Positions 12,885 to 26,278 are shown, counted from the stretch's first letter. The stretch: DNA of 64,000 nt from Mobula hypostoma (GCF_963921235.1 NC_086108.1:79424001-79488000), one strand, 5' to 3'. Numbers and translations are program-made. Notes: generated by a model from the letters alone, not told the origin.

Positions 12885-13790
12885 GGCACATTGAGTCTGC
12901 TCCGCCATTTCATCATGGTTGATCCAATTTTCCTCTCAGCCCCAACCTCCTGCCTTCTCCCCGTATCCCTTCATGACCTGACCAATCAAGAATCTATTAA
13001 CTTTGCCTTAAATACACATAAAGATTTGGTCTCCACAGTTGCATGTGGCAAAAAATTAAACAGATTCACCACTGTCTGACTAAAGAAATTCCTTCTCACC
13101 TCCATTCTAAAAGGATGTCCCTTTATTCTGAGGATCTGTCCTCTGGTCTTAGACTCTCCCACCATAGGAAATATCCTCTCCACATCCACTCTATCAAGGC
13201 TTTTCACCATTCAATAAGTTTGAATGAGGTCAGCCCTCATTCTTCTGAATTCCAGTGAATACAGACCTAGAGTGATCAAACACTCTTCATATGACATGCC
13301 ATACAATCCTGGAATAATTTTCGTGAACCTCCGTTTTAACCCTCTCCAGTTTCAGTACATCGTTTCTAAGACCAGGGGCCCAAAACTGCTCACAGTACTC
13401 CAAGTGAGGCCTCACCAGTACTTTATAAAGTTTTAATATTACATCCTTGCTTTTATATTCTGGTCCTCTTGAAATGAATACTAACATTGCATTTTCCTTG
13501 CTCACCACAGATACAGCCTACAAATTAACCTGATGAAGGGCCTCGCCCTGAAACATCGACTGTACTCTTTTCCATAGATGCTGCCTGGCCTGCTAAATTC
13601 CTCCAGCATTTTGTGGGTGCTGCTTGGTTTTCCTACATCTGCAGAGTTTCTCTTGTCAGCAAATTAACTTTAGGGAATCCTGCACAAGGACTCCCAAGTT
13701 CCTTTGCACCTCAGGCTTTTGTATTTTCTCTCTATTTAAAAAATAGTCAATTTCAGTTTTTTCTACTGAAGTGCATGACCATGCACTTCA
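12885..13790 (-). mobile_element. CR1 LINE 3' fragment, interrupted by a Penelope mini-element
   Basis: LYKVLVRPHLEYCEQFWAP (13287-13508) and RNFFSQTVVNLFNFLP (12986-13210). Confidence 0.9.
13530..13659 (+). mobile_element. 130-bp Penelope terminal mini-element starting with a hammerhead ribozyme core
   Basis: Begins CTGATGA-agggc-ctc-gccct-GAAAC-ATC-gactg. 9-bp TSD caaattaac at 13521-13529 and 13660-13668. Confidence 0.85.
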
Positions 13791-14289
13791 TGTCAAGTGT
13801 TAATCAGACATGTCTTATCAGAAAAAAGATGGACAAATTCAATTGAGCTAATTACCTCCCGTTCAGTCTGTTGTCAATTCTAAGTTATAAAATGAGTATT
13901 CAGACACTTTGGAATTGTTTTTTCTTACTGCTGATCTATGATACCACTTCACTTTATATGGACAGCATGGATGAATTCCAAGTGTGAGGTGAGAGTGACT
14001 CCCATTGACATTGGAAAGATTTGATTGTGACTTTGGGGGACCTGAATGAAACTGAAGTCAAATGGAAGCAAATGAATTCTCGCCATTGACTTACTTCATT
14101 CCCAGAACTGTGGATGGTAATTGCAATCGTTGAAGGTTAATAATCTTAGACCAGGATATAACTGAACAGTCCCTCAGGAAGTTTCCTAAACTGAACTAAT
14201 TTCAGATAGAATCTTTCATCGTGGTATGGTTGTAAATATTACTTTCATTAGTATTTCCTCAACTAATAGTCTCTGCCTATTTGTAGAAA

Positions 14290-14770
14290 GACCTGGGCAA
14301 TATTCAAACATGGGGTGAAAAGTGGAAAGTAATAATTGTGTTCCATGTGTACTGGTTGTTGACCATTTCCAACAGATGCTAATTATTCCCCTTTGATTCA
14401 GTTATATTACCATCACCAATTATGCTACCAACAATGACCGAGTATCTTCAATGAACCAGCTACATGAATGTGGCAACTGGAACTGGTTAGAAGTTAGGAA
14501 TTCAATGGCAAGTGATACACCATCTGTCTCCTCTAACTCCTTCATTCAAGCTGGAAATGTGTTGGAAATGTTATCTACCTAACCAGATAAGGCCAATTCC
14601 ATCAACAGTTACTAAGTTTGATGCCATATTGGACAAAGCAGCCTCTTGATTGACAGCTGATGCATCAGTTTGTTCCCTTTCACCATTGGCATACTCCAGC
14701 TCCAATGTCTCCCAATTTTAAAAAAATCACTTCAGAAACTGGAAACCCCAAATTCAACAGCACTGTAGTT
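14290..14770 (+). mobile_element. Ancient CR1-group LINE relic
   Basis: Degenerate RT-thumb-like sequence (aagtggaaagtaataattgtg..gaccatttccaacag). A similar relic lies at 15310-15900. Confidence 0.45.
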
Positions 14771-15309
14771 GCAGCAAAAGCGTCAGGAGTTGAGTTACTA
14801 CCATCTTGTGAAGAACATTCAGGGATGACCATTAAGTTCTGACTTTCTTGGGACTCCCATATCCAGTGTATGCTCCAAAAACATGGGCATGTTGTTCAAA
14901 AGGGTGTTGATTAAGATTGCTGGTGGCCGATCTTCTCAGCCCACATTCTGTAAGACACAGTTGACTCTATGTACTCAGCAGCTTTCCTGTGTCAGCTTAT
15001 TTGAACTGAATTGGCTAAAGATTGGCATTGGTCCAACTACCACCTGAGGTACCAAGTCTAAACTTAGAAGCTGCTTTATTACCATTTAGGAATCAAAAGA
15101 ACTCTGCAACAATTGAAGATGGGGAGCTTCATGAAACCACGAGTATTGAGTAGATGATTCGTTTTAGAGCACCTCCAAATAATTTCAAACTCGTGATCAG
15201 TACTTCAGTCATTACTGAGAATTCATCAATTGCAAGTTAAGTCTGCAGATTCCTTAACACAGTTAATTTAGAGGCTCTGATGTTCCAAGTTTCTAAAGTA
15301 ACAAATGTT

Positions 15310-15905
15310 CCGGCGTGGGCTCATAAGTGGCATAAAACTTAGAGCAGACAAGTTGCAGTCTCTGATCAGCACCATCAGCACACTTGATTGATGTTCAAAA
15401 CTTGAGGGGACTGTTGAGCAAGAATTCAAATGGAGTCATAACATAAATATTATTAGAGTAGGTAAGAGACTAGATGTTCTGAAGTGACTGGCTCATCATT
15501 TAATCTCCAAAGTCTTTCCACCAGGTACAGATTGGGATCTGAGTAATACGTACTTGCCTGCACTGGTGTAGCTGCTGCACTTGCAAGAAATTAATAAAAA
15601 ATAAAGTCTGCTGCAGTAACACACCTCTGCTCTGTTGTACCTTATTTACAAAATGTGCTGTGGAATTCAGCAAAGCTTCCTCAGCAGCATCACACAAATC
15701 TTCCACCACCTCTTCGCAGGTCACAGACCTCAAATACATGGTGATATCATCACTGCCAATTTCTGTTTCAAGTGGTGTGCTCACTGTGACTCATGCATGT
15801 AACAATGTGTGAAAATTCCTGGGCTCAAACAGATCCTGCACCATCTTTTCTGGACAAATAGGATTGAACAATAAATGTCCAGTCTTGCCAGTGATGCCCA
15901 TGGCA
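15310..15905 (+). mobile_element. Ancient CR1-group LINE 3' relic
   Basis: Degenerate similarity to 14290-14770; ends in aataaatg..gccagtgatgcccat. Confidence 0.45.
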
Positions 15906-16469
15906 AGATGGTCAACTTTCAAAGAAATGAACCAAATTAATTAGAAGCTGTTTACTTTGAAAATTTTAATTTCTCTCTGCACCTTTCCTTTGAACACAGA
16001 ACTGTATTTTCTCTGCATCGCTTTGTAAAGTAATCCAGCAGTGGTAAGAAAGCAAGGTTTAGTTGGACTGAAGCCTGTGCTTATTCTTTGAAAGTACTTT
16101 ACAGTTTTACTGTTGAATTGTGTTTTTCAAACTCCTTCTGTAGTTTTGGATTTGGTGGGAAGGAATTATGGCTGTTGCTTCCATGGGAAAAATGTCACAA
16201 AGAGCTTGGATTAAATTATATGCTTCTGCCATGCGTCAACTCTGTTTTTTCAGAATGTGAAAATAATCAATCAGATTGCATGGACGTTCATTTCATTTTT
16301 CTTTATAGACCAAGCACATTTTGGACAATTATTTAATTAATTTTAATATTTTTAGTTTGATACATCAGTGAAGAAACAACTTTAAGATTTTGGCAACACA
16401 GTAAAATAATTTGCTTTTTTAAAAATTAAAAATAATTCTTAAAGTACCTTTACCCTGAGATTGCTTTGC

Positions 16470-16818
16470 ATTGAACCATTCTTTTGGTGGGAATGTTTTC
16501 ACTAGTAAGCAAGTCTGTGACCAGAGGGCAGACTCAGAATAGAAGGATATCCCATTAGAACTGAGATAAGAAGGAATTTTCGTCAGAGGCCGTTGTTTTT
16601 GTGGAATTCATTACCACAGATGGCTGCGCAGGTCTCTTGGGTATAGTCATTTGGGTATATTTAAAGTGGAGGTTGATAGGTTCTTGATTAGTAAGGGCAG
16701 TGAAGGTTATGGGCAGAAGATAGGAACATGGGGTTGAAAGGGAAAATAAATCAGTCATGATCAAATAGTGGAGCAAACTCAATGGGCTGAATAGTTGATC
16801 CCTATCCTATGTTCTATG
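16470..16818 (+). mobile_element. CR1 LINE 3' end
   Basis: gactcagaatagaaggatatcccattagaactgag..tggaattcattacc, ending in a tatgttctatg tail. Confidence 0.85.
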
Positions 16819-17242
16819 GATCACACTTGATGGTTATTTTGACTCAGTCTTTTAACGATTTAAATAGTTTGTCGAAATGTGATTGGATGAGAAGAACCAA
16901 AACAATTGGTATCTGTTATGAAAATTGTAAGAACTGGATTTTCTTTCATGAGCGAGGTTTTAAAATGACGTTGATTGTCCAGATTGTCCCACTACCAAAT
17001 CAACCATCTCAACACAATCTGTTCAGATGCCAGGAGTGCACAATATTTCTACCTTCCAGTTTGGGAAGCAAGAGGAATCAAGAATGGGCAAATATTATTC
17101 ATTTATGATGTAGCTACAGATGGTAATATTCTATTAATATTCAAATATTCTATTCAAATCTGGCACGACTGTACCTGTGCTGCTGTGGTGTTGGACATTA
17201 TAATGAAGTTTTGATTTTCGCTGCATTTTTGGAATGGAGTAA

Positions 17243-17395
17243 GAATCAGAATAGGGTTTATTATCACTCACACATCATGAAATTTGTTGTTTTGCGGCAG
17301 CAGTACAATGACATAAATACAAAAGTTAGCTAACAAAAAGAAATATCAAAATAATTAAAATAGTGCAAAAACAGAACAAAATAGTGAGGTAGTGA
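17243..17395 (-). mobile_element. Rex1-type 3' UTR/tail fragment
   Basis: gaatcagaatagggtttattatcact..gaaatttgttg..gcagcagtaca, the same tail as 9617-9830. Confidence 0.7.
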
Positions 17396-17699
17396 TGTAA
17401 AATCAAGTATGCGTATTCCATGTAGTTTTGGCAATGTTCCTGATTGCTTTTGTATACACCTTTGTATTTAATTTGAAAGAGAAGTTAGGGTGTAATGTTG
17501 ACGATTGTAGTAAGATGCCTCAAAGGTTTCCAAGTGAGAGAGGAGGCCAAGATAGTGAGGAATCTGAGCAGTGTGAAGGTAGTTTAAGAAATGGTGACGT
17601 GATTTTGGAATGAGAAGAATGAGATCAACAATAGTACTTGGTTTTATACCCATATTGTTGCATTTTATTTTCAATATGTAAAACTAGCTAATTAAAACC

Positions 17700-18014
17700 T
17701 CCTCTTCTCTTCGGTTGTCTATCGAAATCCGATGACAACATCCACTCCTTTAACGGTGAGATCTTTGACGACTGTACAGTTCTATTCTGGACCCACAAGC
17801 TCTGTTGCAGGTGGGACATGTATATGTAGTAGTGGTGGCAACCATGGCTGCATTTCTCCTGGCTCTTTTCTGCTGTCTTCTGGTTGTTCTTTCCATCTCC
17901 AGAATACGAACCCCGTCCCTGCACAGCTGTCACCAAGTGGTACGGTCAGCAGCAACATCCTCCAGGTCCTTGCGTCTAATCTTGCACTTCCTTAAAGCAT
18001 TCTTCGTCTGATCC
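17700..18014 (-). mobile_element. RTE-clade LINE 3' end with C-terminal zinc finger
   Basis: Minus-strand frame KNALRKCKI..DVAADRTTW*QLCRDG..YTCPTCNRACGSRIELYSRQRSHR* (stop at 17750-17752), then a short UTR and a gaagagaagagg tail. Confidence 0.88.
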
Positions 18015-18454
18015 TTATATATGGTAGATGAAAACCAGTGGTATATGAAAATGCCAAGTGTACATACAACTTCCTTAATTTGTGTGGTAGAAGTTCAGCG
18101 ATCATGTGATGAAATCTCCAGTATGCAATAATCAGAATTGGCATACCCAGTGATTTCTTTGTTCACTTCTCTATTTCTGCCTTTTTCAGTAGGCTGTTAT
18201 TATGGTTCCATGTTATTATTCCAGAGGAGACATGGGCAGTTACTGTATGTTAACATTGTCAATGATTTCATAAATGATTTACAGTTAATTTGTTAGCTTC
18301 AAAATCCAACAATGTAGGGTAAAATGTATTTCCATATCTCTGTAATGGGTAATAAATTAAATGGGCCTTTGGAAGTCATAATTGGATCTTTGATATATGG
18401 CAATGCAATCATAATAATTTTGAAGGAAATATTGGGCATTGCTTTAAGAAATTA

Positions 18455-18760
18455 GCTTTATTTATCACATGTACATCAAAGCATATTGTGAAATGCATCT
18501 TTTGCATCAATGACTAATACAGTTCGAGGATGTGTTGGGAACAATGTCACAATGCTTCTGGCGCCAACGTAACGTGTCCAAAATTTACTAACTATTAACT
18601 TAATCTGCATATCTTTGGAATGTGGGAGGAAACCAGAGAACTCACGCAGTCACAAGAGAAGGGAAAAACTCCTCACAGGCATTGGCGGGAATCGAACCCC
18701 AATTAGTGATTACTGGTGCTATAGTGTTGCACTCACTGCCACACGACCTTGCCACCCCAC
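18455..18760 (-). mobile_element. V-SINE-like element with Rex1-type tail
   Basis: tctttggaatgtgggaggaaaccagag (V domain, reverse strand) and gggaatcgaaccc (B box, reverse strand). Confidence 0.65.
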
Positions 18761-18824
18761 AGTACTCAGTATTACTGAAAGAAATTTGACTATCAGTTTT
18801 AGGCTGAGGATTTGTGTGCTCACC

Positions 18825-19095
18825 ATTGGAGGGTTCTTCAAGGGCAGCCCTTCAAGAAGGCAGCGTCCATCATTAATAATGCCCTCTTCACATTATTAAC
18901 ATCAGAGAAGAGGTACAGGAGCCTGAAGAAGCCCATTCAACGATTCAGAAACAGCTCTGTCCTGTCTACCATCAGATTTCTGAATGGCTTGTGAAATCAT
19001 AAATCGTTACTCCTTTTTTTGCACTATTTACTTATTTTGTAAACATTTCTTGTGTCTTTGCACTCCACTGGTACCTCAAGGCACTAAATTCAGTA
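18825..19095 (+). mobile_element. Rex1/Babar 3' fragment
   Basis: KKAASII..SEKRYRSLK..RFRNS..IRFLN (ORF 18812-18994). Confidence 0.8.
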
Positions 19096-19099
19096 ATTT

Positions 19100-19810
19100 A
19101 AAAACAAGAGATTCTGCAGATGCAGGAAATCTAGATTATAGATTTATGGAAAGGGAACAGCAAAGATCCAACAAAACCATCATGCAAATTTAATGCAACA
19201 CATGGAGCTTAGAAAAATTGAAGGTTATGTGTAGGGTAATTCTAGGCAGTTTTTAAGGGTAAGTTGCATGGTCGGCGCAACATTGTGGGCCAAAGGGCCC
19301 GTAATGTGCTGTAGATTTCCATGTTCTATGTTGTACGTTCACACTCAAAATGCTGGAGAGCTCAGCATCTATGGAAATTAATAAACAGATGACATTTTGG
19401 GCTGAGACCCTTTTTCAGGACTGGAAGGGAAGGGGAAGGCACCAGCATAAAAAGGTGAGGAGAGGGAAGGAGGATAGCCAGAAAGTGATGAATGAAGCCA
19501 GGTGGGTGGGAAAGGTAAAGGACTGAAGAAGGAGGCATCTGGTAGGAGAGAAGAGTGGACCATGGGAGAAACAGAAGAAGAAGGGGCATCAGGGGGAGGT
19601 GGTAGGCAGGTGAGGAGAAGAGGTAAGAGGTTGGAGTGGGGAATAGAAGGGGATAGGGAAAAATATACCAGAAGGAGAAATCAATTTTCATGTTATCAGG
19701 TTGGAGACTACCTAGATGGAATGTGAGGTCCTCTGCCCTGAGAGTGGCCTCATCGTGGCAAAGGAGACAGCCACGGAATGGGAATGAGAATCAGTCTAAT
19801 TCCAATTGTA
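19100..19810 (-). mobile_element. Penelope 3' region, split by a CR1-type tail (about 19195-19340, + strand)
   Basis: Terminal aacaagagattctgcagatgc, degenerate hammerhead (reverse of cagtcctgaaaaagggtctcagccc) and a purine-rich tract. The insert ends in catgttctatgtt. Confidence 0.8.
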
Positions 19811-22446
19811 ATCATTTGGCTTTCCTAGGCTGATTGTGATTTAAAAAGTCCATTGTTTGCAGTTTGGGAAATTGTATAGTCATCTGAGGATGAATAATTT
19901 AATGAGTCCAAATTGTGGAGGTGACATCCAATAAGTGAGACAAAGAAACCACATTGGTCTAGTAATAGAGTTCTCCAAAGTATGGAGTTAATATTTTGTG
20001 GTCACAAAAGTGCTAACTTGAATGTAATCCATTTGGTGCTTGATTTCCAAAAGTGCTAGTACTAATTAGGAAAAATGACCCCATTGTGGAAGTTCTAAAG
20101 AAAAGCATTCTGGAGTGCAAAATACAGTGTTAGAAGACTTTGAAAAGAAACGATATGATGAGCCTTTGTTTGCTAATATCTCTCAAAGTGATTTACATTC
20201 TTCCTGTCTCTGCAAAAGTTAGGTTTACTGATCCTCCCACTTGGGAGCAGGAAACATGTCCACGTGTATTCTCCGCGCACCCTTCCCCTCGGAGTCGCAA
20301 CAAATAGGAGCTGGACTGAGCCAGGCAGAGCTGGGAGTGCTAAGCAGACTTGCTTGCTCGCTCTCTTGAGTCAGAGAGGCCTGCTGGCAGCCCCTCTTCT
20401 TGTGCCTGCTTGCTCACCCGCCAAGTGATTTCTATGACATTGTTTCTGTCCATTTTCCATTTACAAACTGATTCTGAACAGTTCTCTGGAAAGGAATCCT
20501 GCCATAACCCAGGCACTGCCTCTGTTTTTATTGTTCATCTTTTAAAGCCGTAATTTCAACTTAAGTTTAGAATTGTGATGCTTTATTCTAATTGTAAATT
20601 GATACTGTTGAAAGAAGTGCTCCCAATTGACTTCTTTTGAACTGAGCTGTTTTCAGTTGAGAGACTTTTTGAAGATCCTGAGTGCCGGTTGCAATGTGTT
20701 GTTCTGTTGAAGGGATAATGCCTTGATTTTAAACCAAGGTTCCATCTATATGACCAAAGTGAACACCTTTTGCTAGAGCAAGCAAGGGCATATATACTAA
20801 AGTTAACTTACTAGCAGTAATATTATGTTTGTGTTGTGTATGAGTTATGCGTTCTGCACCTTGGTCCAGAGGCAAATTATTTCTTTTGTCAGCATACAAG
20901 TTTGCTGTTGAGTGGCAAAAAAACTTGAATTTGATCTAGTTTGACACTGAACTTTTGCCAGCTTTTGCCTTCTCTAATTTCCTTTCATTCAAAAAAAAAG
21001 GGCACTTTCCTTTTATGGATTTCTTTTAATATTGAGTCGATGCAGATTGTCAGCGACGTGTGAAAAGAGCAGCATAAAATTCAGGCCACAGATGATTAGG
21101 AGGGTTTCTCTGCTCTGAGTGTGTAATAGGATATAACATCTCTCCTTGTCATGGATGAAGAGCTATTATTAATGTGGAGATGAATGTTACAGAAAGCCGC
21201 AGAAGTAGATTGGAATACACCTAATGAAAGGCTTTTGTCAGCTGTTTCAACACACTTTTGTCTGAGTTGTTACACAGTTAACACTATTAAAAGCTCTGGC
21301 GCAAAAGTTATATTCTCCTCTTGTACCTTGTAAAACAAAGCATGGATGTACACAATGCTGAACAAAGCATCCAGAATAGGTAAACTGCAGTGTAAAGGGA
21401 ATTGATCCTATTGATAGTGACCTGTACAGTGTAACCTGTTCACTGCTGCACATAAACACTGGTTAAATTCATGAAAACTAATAAAGCTTTCTAAGGTAGA
21501 ATGTTCTCATAACTACTTGAAATATTGATCATGGTCATTGCGTTAGTTCAGCTTCTTCATTTGTGAAGGACCTTTTCTTAAACCTTTCTAGACTTAAGGC
21601 TTTGTGCATTTTTAGCAATTATGATTAATAATGTTTCTTTTATACTTATTTACCATTTGAATTATGCAAGGTGATAGTGGGGATATGTGGGGGGCGGGAG
21701 GTTGGAGTTTGAGGATCAGTTCGCTCAATTTTGGTCATTTCTTCTCTAAGCACACAATGCCAGAATCCAAATCCACTACTCTGACCTTCTCTTCTTCACT
21801 CTGTTCACAAGCTAGCACCTCTATGTGTTAGTCATATGGAAATTCAACTATCCCCAAGTACAAGATTTGAAGGGGACCCAATTATTAGTTTATGAGATGA
21901 TATATTGATCATAAAGAAGTGGAAAGTAGTGTTGTGGATAATTGGTAAAAGAGCTGTGTCTTTAATGCTGTGAATTAGGATTCGAGGTGGCAGTAGAAGC
22001 TTACTCAGTTGTGACTATCTGAGCCATTTTTTCCAAAAAGCTGCAGGGTTATTGGAAGAGAGCAGAAAGCTAGTGCAGGAAAATGGAGGTGAGCTTCTGA
22101 AGTGCAAGTTATTATGGTTTTAACAGTGGTCCTCTTGTTTTGGGGAGGCCACCAGCTCTTTAGTGAATAGGGAGAAAATGTTTTTATTATGGGTCAGCAG
22201 GAATTCCCCTCAATTGCTGAATACAGTAGCCACGAATGGGAGAATGGGCATCAACTTAATGAAATTGTAATTCAATTGTAATTTGTGAATGAAGTGCTTG
22301 TTTATAGTACGTGATATATTATGAAGGAATCTGTGCTAAACTGAACAAAGGAAACCACACATCTGTTATCAATTTTATGAAAGTGTTAATGGTATTTTTA
22401 GGTTAGTGTTAATCAAAGACCCTAATAGTTATTATATCCTTAAATA

Positions 22447-23521
22447 TAATTGGGCACATCAGGACCAGCCCAATTAGGTGTCTGTCCAAATTAGCCAAAG
22501 TTTCATTGGAATAGTTAAAAAAAAGTATAAAAAAAGACAAATTATTGTTCAGCTGAGTAACAAATTATGTAATTAAATGAAATTCAGAACAAATTAGGAC
22601 ACTACCAATGCGACTATAAAACCGTGTACTAGTTCTTAACATCGATCGCTGGAATTCATCCAGTGTGTGCTGCAGTCCAGGGAGGGGTGCACCGCTGGTG
22701 AAGGTGCTTGTGTCCATTCTGGGGCAGTTTACTCACCTTTGGTCTGCACTGGGCACTCAACTCTTACCTGAGGTTCGAATTAGCACTTTGCATGTGACAG
22801 CAGCCACAATTCGGTGCACCGCTTTGACAGGCAGCCCACACCAGGTTAAGGGTAGCCGGCGGGCCTCATAGCCTGTCAAATAGGGACATGCCCACTTTAG
22901 TGTGTGAAGTCAGCTCTGCTGGACATATTATCAACAGTCAAGGCGGTTCTCTGAAGGGCATGTAAAGGCACAGAAGAAATCATGGTTATCCATTGCAACC
23001 AAGGAAGAGTCCAGTTTGTGATAACTATTCATACCACTAGACCTGGACTTCTGAGGTCGAGAGATTGGAATTGTCCCATTGCAATGGTTTTTCCACTTTA
23101 AAAACTTCCCCTGCATAGGTTTCACTGTCGTCGTTGGATATGATGGACAACTAACATGCTGCCATGTGCTTTTGACTAAAACTGTAAATGAACAAAATCA
23201 GCACAGGCACCTAGTGCAGAAAGAACTTAATAAGCCTTCATGCAATGCTTTTGACAATTGCATTCTCCAAATCTTCATTTTCATTGTAACATTCAAGATG
23301 GTTGTTTGATACTGTAGTATCTAACAGCTGCACAGTTTCTAGCGACTGATGCTAGTTAGAAACTGTTTGGCAACAGTCTCATGTCCCAGATAAGGGTATA
23401 GTGTCCCAAATAAACCAAGGGAACCCCGACTATTTTGTTGGTTTGATTTTGTTCTTTAAGAATTTTCCCAAATAAATGGCTGCCCCAGTTAACCAATAGA
23501 CCAATTAACCAGAATCCACTG
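22447..23521. mobile_element. pogo/Tigger-like non-autonomous DNA transposon remnant
   Basis: Right end CCAATTAACCAGAATCCACTG|TA (TIR starting CAG followed by TA) with ccaatta/taattgg subterminal motifs. Left end eroded. Confidence 0.6.
22674..23155 (+). mobile_element. Non-autonomous RTE-type retroposon nested in the Tigger-like element
   Basis: No ORF. Its 3' end gtcgtcgttggatatgatggacaact resembles the RTE tail at 17710-17740. Approximate TSD (g/a)tgctgc at 22667-22673 and 23156-23162. Confidence 0.6.
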
Positions 23522-24349
23522 TATATACTCTGTTTTATGTCTTGTATTTTAAAGTCCAGGCTTTTCTTGAAATGTCCCTTTTTAATGGTGGTTGTGTAAC
23601 CATACCAATGACTAGTTTTGCTTTTGCAAAGCTTGGTAGTGCCCAAGGTCAAAGATCAGAATCAAGAAGATAGTATGATGCATAGTTAGTGGTCTTGCGG
23701 GGTGTTAGGCTTCACTAGAGTTCATGATATGTATTCAAAGATCATGGGGAATGTTATTGGGTTGGTTGCAGAGTGGAGAGGATAGTGACTTGGCAGTTGC
23801 CTCAGTGGCAGTGGAGGTAGGTGATGATATGGTGTGTGACAAGGTAAGCGATGGAGAGTAGCTAATTTATGTTTAAAGATAAAGTTCCTAGCACTGTGTT
23901 GAGATCTGTTTCAGAGGCAGCAGCAATAATAAATACATACATTGCTGCTTTGGAGGTATCTGGAAGCATTGGAATGAATTGACTCTTTCTGGTTTCTACC
24001 CGCTTGGTTCAGTCGCACTCAGTTAAGTAAACCTGCATAAACTTGCTGTCCTTGAGAGCAAACATTCCAAAACTGCTATAAAGTCTTGGTAGCTTTGACA
24101 GACAAAGTCGAGCCTCCTGTGAAGGGTCATCACTTAACATGGCCTCAGTGATACGCAGCCTGAGCACTTCCTGTGCTCCAGGAGGCACCAGTGTTATAAG
24201 GTGGGTGGGAGGGTGTGGAAGAGGTACCTGCACTCTCATTTTAGCTGAGATGTATGTGGCTTGGCTGGGACAACATAGTCCAAGGGGAATCCAATGTCTC
24301 CCCCCAGACTGTATTCTTTTCCCAGGCAACAGTTGGGACATAATTCATT

Positions 24350-24970
24350 GGAGCATAGGAGAATGAAGGGTGATCTTGTAGAGGTGTGTAAAATTATGAG
24401 TGGCATAGTGCACACAGTCTTTTTCTAGGAGTGACAATCAAAGACATTTTTAAGATAGGGGAACACACAAAAGATGCTAGAGGAACTCAGCAGACCCGCA
24501 GCATTTATTTAAAAAAAAGTACTTTTGATGTTTTGGGCCAAAATGTTGACTGTAGAGTCCTGCCGAAGGGTTTTAGCCCGAGATGTTGACTGTATTCTTT
24601 TTCCATAGATGCTGCCAGGCCTTCCGAGTTCCTCCAGCATTTTGTGTGTGTTGCTTGGATTTCCAGCATCTGCAGATTTTCTCTTGTTTGTGGTTTAAAA
24701 TGAGGGGGTTGAGGTATATATTAAAAAAAAACAGTAACCTGAAGGGTAATCTTTTCACCCAGAGAGTGGTCCATATATTGAATTTGTAGAGGAAGTGGTG
24801 AGGCAGATAAGTTAACATATTTAAAAGACATTTGGACAGGCATGTGGATAGGAAAGATTTGGATGGATATGGGCCAAATGCAGGAAAATGGGACTAGCTT
24901 GGATGGATACCTTGTTTGGCATAGACTAGTTTCTTCAATGGGCCTATTTCTGTGTTGTTTGACTCCATGG
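24350..24970 (+). mobile_element. CR1 3' end interrupted by a Penelope palindrome (24461-24690)
   Basis: ggagcataggagaatgaagggtgatcttgtagaggt..KGNLFTQRVV..gggcctatttctgtgttgtttgactcc. Confidence 0.8.
24461..24690. mobile_element. Inverted pair of Penelope terminal fragments
   Basis: The arm acacacaaaagatgctagaggaactcagcag is complementary to gagttcctccagcattttgtgtgt. Confidence 0.85.
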
Positions 24971-24999
24971 CAGTACTCAGTGTGTATGATGTCATCCCA

Positions 25000-25505
25000 C
25001 ATGTGATGGAAGGGAAAGTATGTCATGACTATAAGGGTGAAATTCACTGGAATGATGGTCTGCATCCTCTTCCAAACCACCATAGTCGACATTGAGGTTC
25101 TCCTTTGGTACTGTTGGACGGGCCATGCTGTGGCAGCCTGACACCAGACTCCCAAAACTGATACACAATTCCAAGCTCTCTTGTGTGAGGAGATGACCAA
25201 ACAGACAGATAAAAAGATTCAAGAATGTATTCAAATGACCTCTGCGGCCCTCTGGCTCAGGCTATCCAAAGAAGAGATGGGTCATTCAGGATCGTGGTGA
25301 GGATTTTGAGAGAGCAGAGAAGCCCTGCGTAGGTGAAGGAACAAGTGTGGCACTTCTCAGGCTATACAACTGCCCCATTGTCATTTTGTGGAAGAGTTTG
25401 CCATTCCCACATTGACCTCATTAGTCATCTCAGAACTTACAGAACGGAAGTGGCAGCTAATTGATCCCAAGGGACTTCCAAAGAAGAGGATGATGATAAT
25501 GAGAA
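25000..25505 (+). mobile_element. Old RTE LINE 3' remnant
   Basis: WTGHAV..PDTRLPK fragments, zinc-finger remnant CGRVCHSHIDLISHLRTY, and a gaagaggatgatgat tail. Confidence 0.7.
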
Positions 25506-26278
25506 TCTGCATCCTGCAGTGTCGGGCCCTGTTTCTAATGTTGAGTAGATGCCCACAAATAGATACATCTGCATTCTGCTCTGCTAATAAGGGATTTTTT
25601 TGGTTGTGTGGTGCTAAGCCACTAGGGTGCCTTTCTAGGATATGTTATTTTGTAGTAAGAGGCGACAGTACAGAGCATCTGATCATGTTAGAAGTCTAAC
25701 AAAGATGAGCAGAGAATTGATAGAGAAGTTGTTTTAATAATTGCACCCGATGGGGAAATTGAAAATGTCACATTCTTGGCAATGGCTGTGAACAGTTTAA
25801 AGTTATTAAACACACTGCATCCATTTAAATAACAGATCATGATGCTTCATGGCATGAATGAAATAATTTTAAAGTCTTTTTCAAGAAATTGGTTGCTTAT
25901 AAGAGAGGAGAAAGGAGGAAATATTATCATTAAGCAGCTTGGGAAAGGGGTATTGAGGGAAATGTTCTTCCTTAAATTTCATGGAAATCCCTTTCTCTCT
26001 TTTTTTTTCTCTTTACCTTTCTCCTTACTAATGATCTCCTTCTCAGACTTGATCTTGATCTAGCCACCATTTCTCTTCATTGCCAGAGGTTGCTGCGTAT
26101 TATTTGGTTGACAATTAAATAACAATATGGATTTGTGAAATGTGGCTGTTGTGAAAGTAGCATGAGTAGCTGAGTTACTCTTTGCAGTGCTGTGCTGAAG
26201 CAGCATTATTGGGTGGATTCTTCGCAGTGTTCCCCATTGATGTGAAGAATTGGCTGAAAAATGTGAGATGAAGTTTAA

